The notes: a model not told the origin generated them from the sequence alone. Positions 1-7,059 are shown, counted from the first letter of the stretch. The stretch: 10,831 bases of DNA from a bacterium (GCA_037446635.1 JBBIIG010000001.1:42707-53537), one strand, 5' to 3'. A program made the numbers and translations.

Positions 1-52
1 TATAATGAGAAACAGTTTTCCCCAGCAGTTGATGAGTTTGCACGGTTGACAT
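1..52 (-). CDS. 5' end (truncated by window edge) of a probable Hanks-type Ser/Thr protein kinase
   Basis: Manual translation of the minus strand from ATG at 52 gives MSTVQTHQLLGKTVSHY-. 'GKT(V/I)SHY' is the typical lead-in to the Gly-rich loop (…SHYxIxxxLGxGGMG) of bacterial eukaryotic-like kinases. Only 17 codons are visible. Confidence 0.55.
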   Translation of the reverse strand, partial: MSTVQTHQLLGKTVSHY

Positions 53-121
53 TGTCTCGGTTAAAAAGGTTGGAGATAGCCGATCACCAAAAGTGAACGC
101 TGAGTGGCTAATCTATTGTCA

Positions 122-149
122 AAATTAAAATATGGGCGACAAAAAGCAA
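122..149 (-). promoter_or_regulatory. Candidate sigma70-type promoter for the leftward gene
   Basis: Minus strand TTGCTT (149-144), 16-nt spacer, TAATTT (127-122), in an AT-rich stretch upstream of the ATG at 52. Weak match. Confidence 0.2.
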
Positions 150-205
150 GCTATTTTTTAGAGTGCACCTTGATCAGTGGGAGGGCCAACAAATTTGTAG
201 CGATG

Positions 206-360
206 TTACGCGGCTTCCAGCACCAATTCACGAACGCGGATCATTCGGCACATATTTGCAAAGAGACCATGAGTTAGCTTGACGACCAAGCCGAACCGAA
301 CTGCTTTATCTACTTTCACACTCCCACACCCGGTTCCTGGTTGAACTTGGTCGAGGGCGG
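206..360 (-). pseudogene. Possible degenerate C-terminal remnant of a DDE transposase (IS5/IS1182-like)
   Basis: The C-terminal part of ORF 206..472 (…GTGCGSVKVDKAVRFGLVVKLTHGLFANMCRMIRVRELVLEAA*) loosely resembles the 'G(L)xKAx(Y/R)FGLxK…xANxxRMxR' tail of these transposases. No catalytic acidic residues are visible. Judged by eye only. Confidence 0.3.
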
Positions 361-379
361 GCTTTTTGGAAATTAAGGC

Positions 380-410
380 TTGAATTTCTGATTTCAAATA
401 TTCATATTTG
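380..410 (+). promoter_or_regulatory. Candidate promoter with an overlapping inverted repeat (possible operator)
   Basis: TTGAAT (380-385), 17-nt spacer, CATATT (403-408). A perfect 7-bp inverted repeat CAAATAT-TC-ATATTTG (395-410) covers the -10 element. Confidence 0.3.
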
Positions 411-433
411 GGAAACGAAAATGGCGTCCCGAA

Positions 434-583
434 ATGCTTACTGTAAAATTGTCCCCAACCAAGCTTCATCAATTTCGTGAGCGCGCCAGGCAGTTAGGCG
501 TCTCGCCTGAAAAACTGGCGGGCCAATCGCTCAAGTTTATATTCGCAAAGAGGACAGCAAACAAAGTTCATAATGAAATTTAA
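434..583 (+). CDS. Small ribbon-helix-helix (CopG/antitoxin-like) DNA-binding protein, 49 aa; not in the supplied ORF track
   Basis: Manual translation: MLTVKLSPTKLHQFRERARQLGVSPEKLAGQSLKFIFAKRTANKVHNEI*. It shows an alternating beta-strand (LTVKL), a helix, an 'ARQLGVSPEKL' turn and a second helix, which is the RHH pattern. Confidence 0.55.
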   Translation: MLTVKLSPTKLHQFRERARQLGVSPEKLAGQSLKFIFAKRTANKVHNEI

Positions 584-613
584 GTTGTTACAAAGAGGAG
601 TAATGAGGCTTTG

Positions 614-651
614 CCTGCCTGCAGCAGGCAGGCCTGCCTGCTGCAGGCAGG
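614..651. repeat. Perfect 38-bp palindrome made of two 19-bp self-complementary units (REP-like)
   Basis: CCTGCCTGC-A-GCAGGCAGG (614-632) is followed directly by CCTGCCTGC-T-GCAGGCAGG (633-651). Each unit is a 9-bp hairpin, and unit 2 is the exact reverse complement of unit 1. Confidence 0.92.
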
Positions 652-739
652 GATTAATGGATTACTGAAAGAGCAATTGCATTAATCCAGTGATGCATTC
701 CGAGAAAGCGGATCGGCGCTGCCGACAATCCATTAATCC
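651..739. repeat. Inverted-repeat element built from an ~8-nt unit (GGATTAAT/ATTAATCC)
   Basis: GGATTAATGGATT (651-663) and AATCCATTAATCC (727-739) are exact reverse complements. An internal copy CATTAATCCA lies at 680-689. Confidence 0.75.
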
Positions 740-802
740 ATCATATTTAATCACCTTAGCCATTGATATCCTTATCGCTGTTTCGCTTTTTATCAGGTTA
801 AC

Positions 803-1900
803 ATGATCTTCCGATACTCCGAATGGCGCGAAGGCCAGGACAAAAGCAAGCTGACGTTTGACGAGCTGATGCGGCTCCTCAGCCAGTTGCTGCTTCATAC
901 CAACGGCAATGTTCCCGAAGCGTTGCAGTGGATGACGCGGCTCGACAAGGAGTACCAGATCTTCGACGATCAAGAGGGGGTGAGCTTCAATGAATTTTTG
1001 GAGTGGCTGAAGAAAGAAGGCTACATCGAAGAATTCAACGACATCCTCGCGCTCACGCACAAGGGCTCGCGCCGAATTCGACAGGATGCCCTGAACGAAA
1101 TTTTTTCCTCGCTGCGCAAAAGTCCGATGGGCGAGCACGAGTCGCCGTTTGCCGGCGAGGGCATCGAGCGGCTGAGTGAAACCAAGCCCTTCAAGTTTGG
1201 CGACCAGCCGTCAAACATCGATTTCACTTCCACCATCAGCAATGCTATCCGCCGCGAGGGCCTGGATGACTTCAATTTGAAAGAAGAAGATTTTGAAGTA
1301 TATGAAACCGAGCATCTCACCACGTGCGCCACGGTGCTGATGCTCGATATCAGCCACAGCATGATTTTATACGGCGAGGATCGCATCACGCCGGCGAAGA
1401 AGGTGGCGCTCGCCCTGTCCGAGATGATTCTCACCCGTTATCCCAAAGACAGCCTCGACGTAGTGGTGTTTGGCGACAAAGCCGTGGAGGTGGATATCAG
1501 CGACATCCCGCGCATCGCTGTCGGGCCGTATCACACCAACACCAAAGACGCTCTGGATTTGGGCTTGCGAATTCTCAAACGCAAGCGCAACGCCAACAAA
1601 CAGATTTTTATGGTAACCGATGGCAAACCCTCCGCGATTTTCGAGCGCGGCCGGATTTATAAAAATCCTTTTGGATTGGATCGAAAGATCGTCAATCAAA
1701 CATTGAACGCCGCGCGCGAGTGCCGCAAAAATAAGATCACCATCACCACCTTTATGGTGGCGCGCGATCGCTGGCTGGTGGATTTCGTGAAAGAGCTGAC
1801 GGAAGTCAACAAAGGCCGGGCATACTATTCTTCGCTCAACAAATTGGGCGAGTACATTTTTGTGGATTACATCCGCAATCGCAAACAGCGGCTGCAGTGA
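803..1900 (+). CDS. von Willebrand factor type A (vWA/MIDAS) domain protein, partner of the ChlI-like AAA+ ATPase
   Basis: 365 aa. MIDAS motif LMLDISHSM (DxSxS), then PYHTNT (T) and MVTDGKP (D). The N-terminal helical region and the 'ETEHLTTCATVL' segment are typical of vWA proteins encoded with Mg-chelatase-like ATPases (Rv0959-like). Confidence 0.9.
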   Translation: MIFRYSEWREGQDKSKLTFDELMRLLSQLLLHTNGNVPEALQWMTRLDKEYQIFDDQEGVSFNEFLEWLKKEGYIEEFNDILALTHKGSRRIRQDALNEIFSSLRKSPMGEHESPFAGEGIERLSETKPFKFGDQPSNIDFTSTISNAIRREGLDDFNLKEEDFEVYETEHLTTCATVLMLDISHSMILYGEDRITPAKKVALALSEMILTRYPKDSLDVVVFGDKAVEVDISDIPRIAVGPYHTNTKDALDLGLRILKRKRNANKQIFMVTDGKPSAIFERGRIYKNPFGLDRKIVNQTLNAARECRKNKITITTFMVARDRWLVDFVKELTEVNKGRAYYSSLNKLGEYIFVDYIRNRKQRLQ

Positions 1901-1969
1901 TGATTTGTGTATTCTGACTTTGAGAACGTTATAAAGAGTGCGGCTCTGTCAAACTTTGATAATGGATTA

Positions 1970-2710
1970 ATGAAGCGGGTTTGCTCATACTTATTAACAA
2001 TTTCTACTTTCGTGCTAAACTGTTCTTCTGATAATCCGCTTATGACAGTGAATAGTTTCGGAGTGCTGGTGTTTTCAAAAACTGCCGGCTTTCGCCACGA
2101 CAGCATTCCCGCTGGCATTGCGGCGATGCGGCAATTGGGTTTGGAAAATAACTTCGACGTACACGCCACCGAAGAGGCCGCGATTTTCAGCAGCGATTCG
2201 CTCGCTAAATTTCGCGTGGTAATTTTTTTCAACACCTCGGGCGATGTGCTCAATTCGCCACAGCAGGCGGCGCTGCAAAATTTCATTCGCGCTGGCGGCG
2301 GCTTTGTGGGCATTCATTCCGCCAGCGATACCGAATACAATTGGCCATGGTACGGCGAGTTGGTGGGCGCCTATTTCGAAAGTCATCCTAAAATTCAAAA
2401 GGCGGCGGTGATGGTTGCGGATACGATGCACGTTTCGACGGCTCATTTGCCGCGCATTTGGGTGCGCGAAGATGAATGGTACAACTTCCACGCGCATCCC
2501 GCCGGGCGTGTCAACGTTTTACTGCGGCTGGATGAAAGCAGTTACTCCGGCGGTAACATGGGGGGCGATCATCCGCTGGCGTGGTATCATGAGTTTGACG
2601 ACGGCCGCGCATGGTACACGGCGATGGGACATACAATAGAGTCGTATTCGGATCCGCTTTTCTTGCGGCATCTTCTCGGGGGCATTCAATGGGCCAGCAA
2701 AAGATTTTAG
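1970..2710 (+). CDS. ThuA-like (class I glutamine amidotransferase-like / trehalose utilisation) domain protein, probable lipoprotein
   Basis: Motifs VLVFSKTAGFRHDSIPAG, GGGFVGIHSASDTEY, DEWYNF, DHPLAW and GRAWYTAMGH are typical of the ThuA family. Start moved from 1907 to ATG 1970, giving MKRVCSYLLTISTFVLN-C, a signal peptide with a lipobox-like Cys. Confidence 0.85.
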   Translation: MKRVCSYLLTISTFVLNCSSDNPLMTVNSFGVLVFSKTAGFRHDSIPAGIAAMRQLGLENNFDVHATEEAAIFSSDSLAKFRVVIFFNTSGDVLNSPQQAALQNFIRAGGGFVGIHSASDTEYNWPWYGELVGAYFESHPKIQKAAVMVADTMHVSTAHLPRIWVREDEWYNFHAHPAGRVNVLLRLDESSYSGGNMGGDHPLAWYHEFDDGRAWYTAMGHTIESYSDPLFLRHLLGGIQWASKRF

Positions 2711-2777
2711 CGCAAACTTAATTTTTGCTCTCTAAAGTTCAACCCATAGAAAAATTTTAAATTTATTGAGAAAGCAA

Positions 2778-4292
2778 ATGAACAAACCGAAAACCCTTGG
2801 CGAGTTGAGAAAGGCGGGCTATGAAGTCGCACCCGTCAAACACGAGATGCGGCGCAACCTCATCGCCAAATTAAGAAATAACGAAAAACTTTTTCCGGGA
2901 ATTATCGGCTACGACAACACCGTGATACCTGCCCTGTGCAACGCCATTTTATCGCTGCATGACATCATTCTTTTAGGACTGCGAGGACAGGCGAAAACCA
3001 GAATTCTGCGCGCTTTGCCCTCGCTGCTGGATGAGTATATTCCCATCATCAAAGGATGTGAAATTAACGACAATCCCTTCAAACCGGTTTGCAAAGCCTG
3101 TACGGACCGCGTGAAAGAATTTGGCGACGACGTGGAAATCGAGTGGCTACACCGCGACGAGCGCTATGGCGAAAAACTCGCCACGCCCGATGTCACCATC
3201 GCCGATTTGATCGGCGACATCGATCCCATCAAAGCGGCGGCGCAGCGCTTGCATTACGCCCACGAGGGCGTCATTCACTTCGGAATTCTGCCGCGCACCA
3301 ATCGCGGCATCTTCGCCATCAACGAGCTGCCGGATTTGCAGCCGCGCATTCAAGTGGGGCTTTTCAACATCATGCAGGAAAAGGATATTCAAATCCGCGG
3401 CTTTCCCGTGCGCATTCCGCTGGACGTGGTGATCGTCTATTCCGCGAACCCGGAGGACTACACCAATCGCGGCAACATCATCACGCCGCTGAAAGATCGC
3501 ATCGGTTCGCAGATCATGACACATTATCCGCGCACCATCGAGGATGGCATCAAAATCGCGGCACAGGAAGCGTGGCAGAACCGCGATGGCGGGCGGGAAA
3601 TTCACATTCCACATTTCTTCCGCGAGCTGATCGAACAGATTGCGGTGGAAGCGCGCAAAAGCGAGTTCGTGGATCAGAAATCCGGCGTGAGTGTGCGTAT
3701 GACGGTGACGGCATTGGAGAATCTCATCAGCAACGCCGAGCGCCGCGCTATCAAAAATAATGAGAGCGTCGTGGTTCCCCGAATTTGCGATCTTTACGCC
3801 GCACTGCCGTCCATTACCGGAAAAGTTGAATTGGTTTATGAAGGCGAGCAGGAGGGGGAGATCAACGTGGCGCGCGCGCTCATTGGCAAAGCGGTGAAAA
3901 TAATTTTCCTCAAATATTTTCCGGATCCGTATGCCGCGATGAAAAAGGGTGAGCCGGTATATGCGGAGGTAGTGAATTGGTTCAAGCACAATCAGGCTAT
4001 CGACATTTCTGATGAGATGACGACCAACGATTACTTAAAAGCGCTGCAAAAAGTCAAAGGCTTGAAATCCATCGCGACGCGTTTTATGAACGTGAATGAG
4101 CAGAGGCCGGCAGAATTGGGAGCGGCGATGGAATTCATATTGGATGGCCTGCATCAAAACTCCATGTTGAGCAAAGATTTTTGGGAGAGCAAGGCTTCGT
4201 ATCGCGATATGCTGAACACGATGATGAGCTCGTTGCACCGCGATGACGATGACGATGATTTCGAGGATGAGGATGAATTCAACCTTCGTTAA
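2778..4292 (+). CDS. Mg-chelatase ChlI/MoxR-like AAA+ ATPase (Rv0958-like family)
   Basis: Walker A variant GLRGQAKT, Walker B variant IFAINE, 'DLIGDIDP' (ChlI-like) and sensor-1 region SANPEDY…LKDR. Likely start is ATG 2778 (MNKPKTLGEL). The C-terminal tail is very acidic. Confidence 0.9.
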   Translation: MNKPKTLGELRKAGYEVAPVKHEMRRNLIAKLRNNEKLFPGIIGYDNTVIPALCNAILSLHDIILLGLRGQAKTRILRALPSLLDEYIPIIKGCEINDNPFKPVCKACTDRVKEFGDDVEIEWLHRDERYGEKLATPDVTIADLIGDIDPIKAAAQRLHYAHEGVIHFGILPRTNRGIFAINELPDLQPRIQVGLFNIMQEKDIQIRGFPVRIPLDVVIVYSANPEDYTNRGNIITPLKDRIGSQIMTHYPRTIEDGIKIAAQEAWQNRDGGREIHIPHFFRELIEQIAVEARKSEFVDQKSGVSVRMTVTALENLISNAERRAIKNNESVVVPRICDLYAALPSITGKVELVYEGEQEGEINVARALIGKAVKIIFLKYFPDPYAAMKKGEPVYAEVVNWFKHNQAIDISDEMTTNDYLKALQKVKGLKSIATRFMNVNEQRPAELGAAMEFILDGLHQNSMLSKDFWESKASYRDMLNTMMSSLHRDDDDDDFEDEDEFNLR

Positions 4293-4301
4293 TTGTCATC
4301 T

Positions 4302-4362
4302 TAGCCACAGAGGCACAAAGAAAACATTTTTAGCTGTGCGTGCCGTGTGTCTGTGTGAGCTA
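4302..4362. repeat. Degenerate CACAGAG-type inverted repeat in the spacer
   Basis: TAGCCACAGAGGCAC (4302-4316) pairs imperfectly with GTGTCTGTGTGAGCTA (4347-4362). The left arm repeats CACAGAG/CACAAAG at 9-nt spacing. Confidence 0.6.
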
Positions 4363-4387
4363 TCATTTCTTCATTGGAGCTGCTGCC

Positions 4388-5932
4388 GTGTCCCCGCCGC
4401 GAAAAATGAATCTCGCTGAGCAAATTCGCAAGCTCAATGCCATTGGCATCGCGCTTTCCAGCGAGCACAATTTAAACAAGCTGCTGGAGATGATTGTCAC
4501 TGAGGCGCGCAGCTTCACCCACGCCGATGGCGGCAGTCTTTACATTAAAGAAGATAACAAGCTGCATTTTCGGGTGGCGCAAACCGCATCGCTGCAAAAG
4601 CGCGATGGCAAAACTCCATTCACCGCCTTTTATCTGCCGCTTTCGAAAGAAAGCATTGCAGGATATGTCGCCATCACCGGTTCGGTGTTAAATATTCCGG
4701 ATGTTTATGAAATTCCGCCGACGGTGGAGTATCGCGTCAACAAGCATTTTGATCAACAAAACAATTATCGCTCGAAATCGATGCTGGTGGTGCCGATGCG
4801 CGATCACCATGATGAGATCATCGGCGTACTGCAGCTCATTAACTCAATGAACGGCCGTGGTGAAGTAGTGCCGTTTGAGCCCGAGTTCGAAAGCATCATT
4901 TTATCGCTAGCGTCGCAGGCCGCGGTGGCGCTACGCAACGTCAAGCTGATCGAAGAGATTCGCAACGTGTTTCGATCTTTGGTGCGCTACTCGGCCACCG
5001 CTATTGACGCCCGCAGCCCGCACACCGCCGGACATTCCGGACGCGTTGCAAAATATTGTGTGCGCATGGCCAACGCCATCAATGAGGAACGTGAGGGGCG
5101 GTTGGGGCAGATTCACTTCACGCCGGACGAGATTGAGGAATTGCGCATGGCGGGTTGGCTGCATGACATTGGCAAGATCGGCGTGCGCGAAAGTGTGCTG
5201 GAGAAAACCACCAAACTCAATGACGATCAAATGGCGGTGATCGCCGAGCGATTTGAGAGCATTAAGCGCAGCTTGCAAAATCAATTTTTGGAAGAAAAAG
5301 TGAAGCAGTTCGCCGGCGGTGCCAACCGCGAGTCTCGTTTGCACGATTTGGAGATTGCCATTGCAAAGGAGATTGCAGAAATTGACGACGCTTTGGCATT
5401 CCTGCACCGCATCAACGTGCCAGGATTTTTGACGGAGGCTGATCGCGTTCGACTCAAGGAGCTGGCGGAAAAAACCTATCTCAATTCGCGCGGTGAACGC
5501 TGCTATTTTTTGACCGCCAAAGAATATGAAAATCTCTCCGTGGTGCGCGGCAATCTCACCGAGGCCGAGTATAAGGAAGTTCAGTCACACGTCGAGCACA
5601 CCATGAACATTCTCAAAAAAATCCCCTTCACCAAAGATTTGCAAAATATTGCCCGCAATGCCGCTGGCCACCACGAATACCTCGATGGCAGCGGCTATCC
5701 GCTGGGATTGAAGGGGGATGAAATTTCCATTCAGTCGCGCATTATGTGCATCGCCGATATCTTCGATGCGCTGAGCGCGCCGGACCGGCCGTACAAAAAA
5801 GCGATTCCTATTGAGAAAACTTTGGAAATTTTGCGAACCGAAGTTCGCGCAGGCAAGCTCGACGGCGACATCGTAGAATTGTTTATTCGCAAAAAATTGT
5901 ATCTCAAGCCGGAGTTGGACGAGGATGATTGA
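4388..5932 (+). CDS. GAF + HD-GYP domain phosphodiesterase (cyclic dinucleotide, probably c-di-GMP)
   Basis: N-terminal GAF domain (ADGGSLY…SIAGYVA…YRSKSMLVVPM…GVLQLIN). HD-GYP motifs TAGHSGRV, LHDIGK, HHEYLDGSGYP and IADIFDAL…RPYK. Likely start is GTG 4388 with GGAG at 4376-4379; alternative ATG 4406. Confidence 0.9.
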   Translation: MSPPRKMNLAEQIRKLNAIGIALSSEHNLNKLLEMIVTEARSFTHADGGSLYIKEDNKLHFRVAQTASLQKRDGKTPFTAFYLPLSKESIAGYVAITGSVLNIPDVYEIPPTVEYRVNKHFDQQNNYRSKSMLVVPMRDHHDEIIGVLQLINSMNGRGEVVPFEPEFESIILSLASQAAVALRNVKLIEEIRNVFRSLVRYSATAIDARSPHTAGHSGRVAKYCVRMANAINEEREGRLGQIHFTPDEIEELRMAGWLHDIGKIGVRESVLEKTTKLNDDQMAVIAERFESIKRSLQNQFLEEKVKQFAGGANRESRLHDLEIAIAKEIAEIDDALAFLHRINVPGFLTEADRVRLKELAEKTYLNSRGERCYFLTAKEYENLSVVRGNLTEAEYKEVQSHVEHTMNILKKIPFTKDLQNIARNAAGHHEYLDGSGYPLGLKGDEISIQSRIMCIADIFDALSAPDRPYKKAIPIEKTLEILRTEVRAGKLDGDIVELFIRKKLYLKPELDEDD

Positions 5933-5937
5933 TCCAC

Positions 5938-6034
5938 GTGCGAAGGCAAACGGTAAAAGACAGAAGTGGATAGTATGTGAATGCCTCTCACTTTTCGCCT
6001 TTGCCGTTTTGCCTTCTCACCTCCTACGTTTAAC
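5938..6034. repeat. Imperfect long inverted repeat built from ~7-nt units (possible hairpin)
   Basis: GAAGGCAAACGGTAAAAGACAGAAGTG (5942-5968) pairs imperfectly with CACTTTTCGCCTTTGCCGTTTTGCCTTC (5989-6016). The right side continues in heptamer steps (TTTTGCC TTCTCAC CTCCTAC GTTTAAC) to 6034. Confidence 0.75.
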
Positions 6035-6039
6035 CGTCC

Positions 6040-6678
6040 ATGAAAATTGTCGCTATTTCTGATGTGCACGGCCATCTTGAGCCAGTGCACAAAATTCTCG
6101 AAAACGAAAAACCCGATCTGCTGCTCTGTGCCGGCGATTGGGGCACCGCGGATGAAATCACGCGCGGCGATTTGGAAGCTATCATTCGTAACGTTCACAC
6201 CCTCACCGTTTTCGGAAACAACGACTACCTCGAATTACTTCGTCAATTAAAAAATAAAGATGGCACAAACATCCTGCTTGAGAATGGCTCAGCCGTGCAT
6301 TATCTTGATCTCACCGTTGCCGGTATTAACGGCATTTGGGCCAAGTCGCACAAGCAACCGTGGTACATCACGGACGAGGAAGTGGCCGCCGCCGCCCAAA
6401 ACTTACGCGGTCAAAAAGTGGATATTTTGATCACCCACGCTTGCCCAATCGGTATGGCAGACTTGACGCCAACCGGCGGCCGCGGCGGTCAGCGTTGTTT
6501 CACGGAAGCGTTCAAAATCGTGGAGCCGAAGCTGCATTTGTGCGGGCATCTGCATCGCAAGAGCGAGTATCGCACGAAAGATGGGAAGTTGGTGGTGAAC
6601 GTCGGTTACACAGCGGAAGGAGATTATGCGGTGTTTCAATTTAGAAAAGGAGAAATTTATTTTGAAACCGCACAATAA
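6040..6678 (+). CDS. Calcineurin-like metallophosphoesterase
   Basis: All five motifs are present: SDVHG, AGD, GNND, THACP and CGHLH. Confidence 0.9.
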   Translation: MKIVAISDVHGHLEPVHKILENEKPDLLLCAGDWGTADEITRGDLEAIIRNVHTLTVFGNNDYLELLRQLKNKDGTNILLENGSAVHYLDLTVAGINGIWAKSHKQPWYITDEEVAAAAQNLRGQKVDILITHACPIGMADLTPTGGRGGQRCFTEAFKIVEPKLHLCGHLHRKSEYRTKDGKLVVNVGYTAEGDYAVFQFRKGEIYFETAQ

Positions 6679-6696
6679 CTCACTCGTGAATATCAT

Positions 6697-6725
6697 TTGC
6701 AATTTTAGCAGAATTTCTTTAGTAT
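6697..6725 (+). promoter_or_regulatory. Candidate sigma70 promoter of the TA module
   Basis: TTGCAA (6697-6702), 17-nt spacer, TAGTAT (6720-6725), followed by a GAGGG RBS-like site before ATG 6745. Confidence 0.45.
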
Positions 6726-6744
6726 GAATTGAGGGTTAGAAATC

Positions 6745-7059
6745 ATGCAAAAAAGAAAAGAAAAAAACACAGAACATCCGCATATTAAGAAAATTATCGG
6801 ACCCGCTGGCGTCGAGCAAGCAGTTATTGCGGGTACAGGCTTACGCGTTTGGACACTTATCGATTATTATCAGATGGGTGCATCAATTGAAGACCTCCTC
6901 AATTCATGGGACTATTTGACACCTGCACAAATTTTTGACGCCTTAGCCTATTACCACGACCATAAGGATGAGATTGATGAATTAAGAAAAAGCAACGTTG
7001 AAGATTGTCAAGCATATTTTCTCGAAACCAAAATAGATGAATATCAAACTGTATCTTAA
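6745..7059 (+). CDS. DUF433 family putative antitoxin (wHTH; VapB45-like)
   Basis: HPHI…AVIAGTGLRVWTLIDYYQMGASIEDLL…LTPAQIFDALAYYHDHKDEID is the DUF433 signature. It overlaps the next ORF by 23 nt. Confidence 0.88.
   Translation: MQKRKEKNTEHPHIKKIIGPAGVEQAVIAGTGLRVWTLIDYYQMGASIEDLLNSWDYLTPAQIFDALAYYHDHKDEIDELRKSNVEDCQAYFLETKIDEYQTVS

Noticed and set aside
1..96. Open plus-strand frame YNEKQFSP…DHQK* as the 3' end of an upstream gene
   Set aside because: No recognisable motif. The opposite strand gives a kinase-like N-terminus with an ATG and an upstream promoter-like tract, which explains the region better.
206..472. 88-aa minus-strand ORF as an intact gene
   Set aside because: Its N-terminal part overlaps the RHH-like ORF and that ORF's promoter on the other strand. 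Only the C-terminal part looks protein-like, so it is kept as a possible remnant.
603..668. Tiny ORF MRLCLPAAGRPACCRQGLMDY*
   Set aside because: The SD-ATG spacing is only 2 nt and the peptide is just the translated palindrome.
614..739. CRISPR array or integron attC site
   Set aside because: There are no repeat-spacer units of CRISPR size, no cas or intI gene in the window, and no clear RYYYAAC/GTTRRRY ends around the hairpins.
1915..1962. ACTTTGAGAACGTT / AAACTTTGATAA as a further REP-like repeat
   Set aside because: Too degenerate, and no convincing inverted partner was found by eye.
4340..4387. N-terminal extension MPCVCVSYHFFIGAAA of the HD-GYP ORF
   Set aside because: It is translated repeat-arm sequence. 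A GGAG RBS supports the later GTG at 4388.
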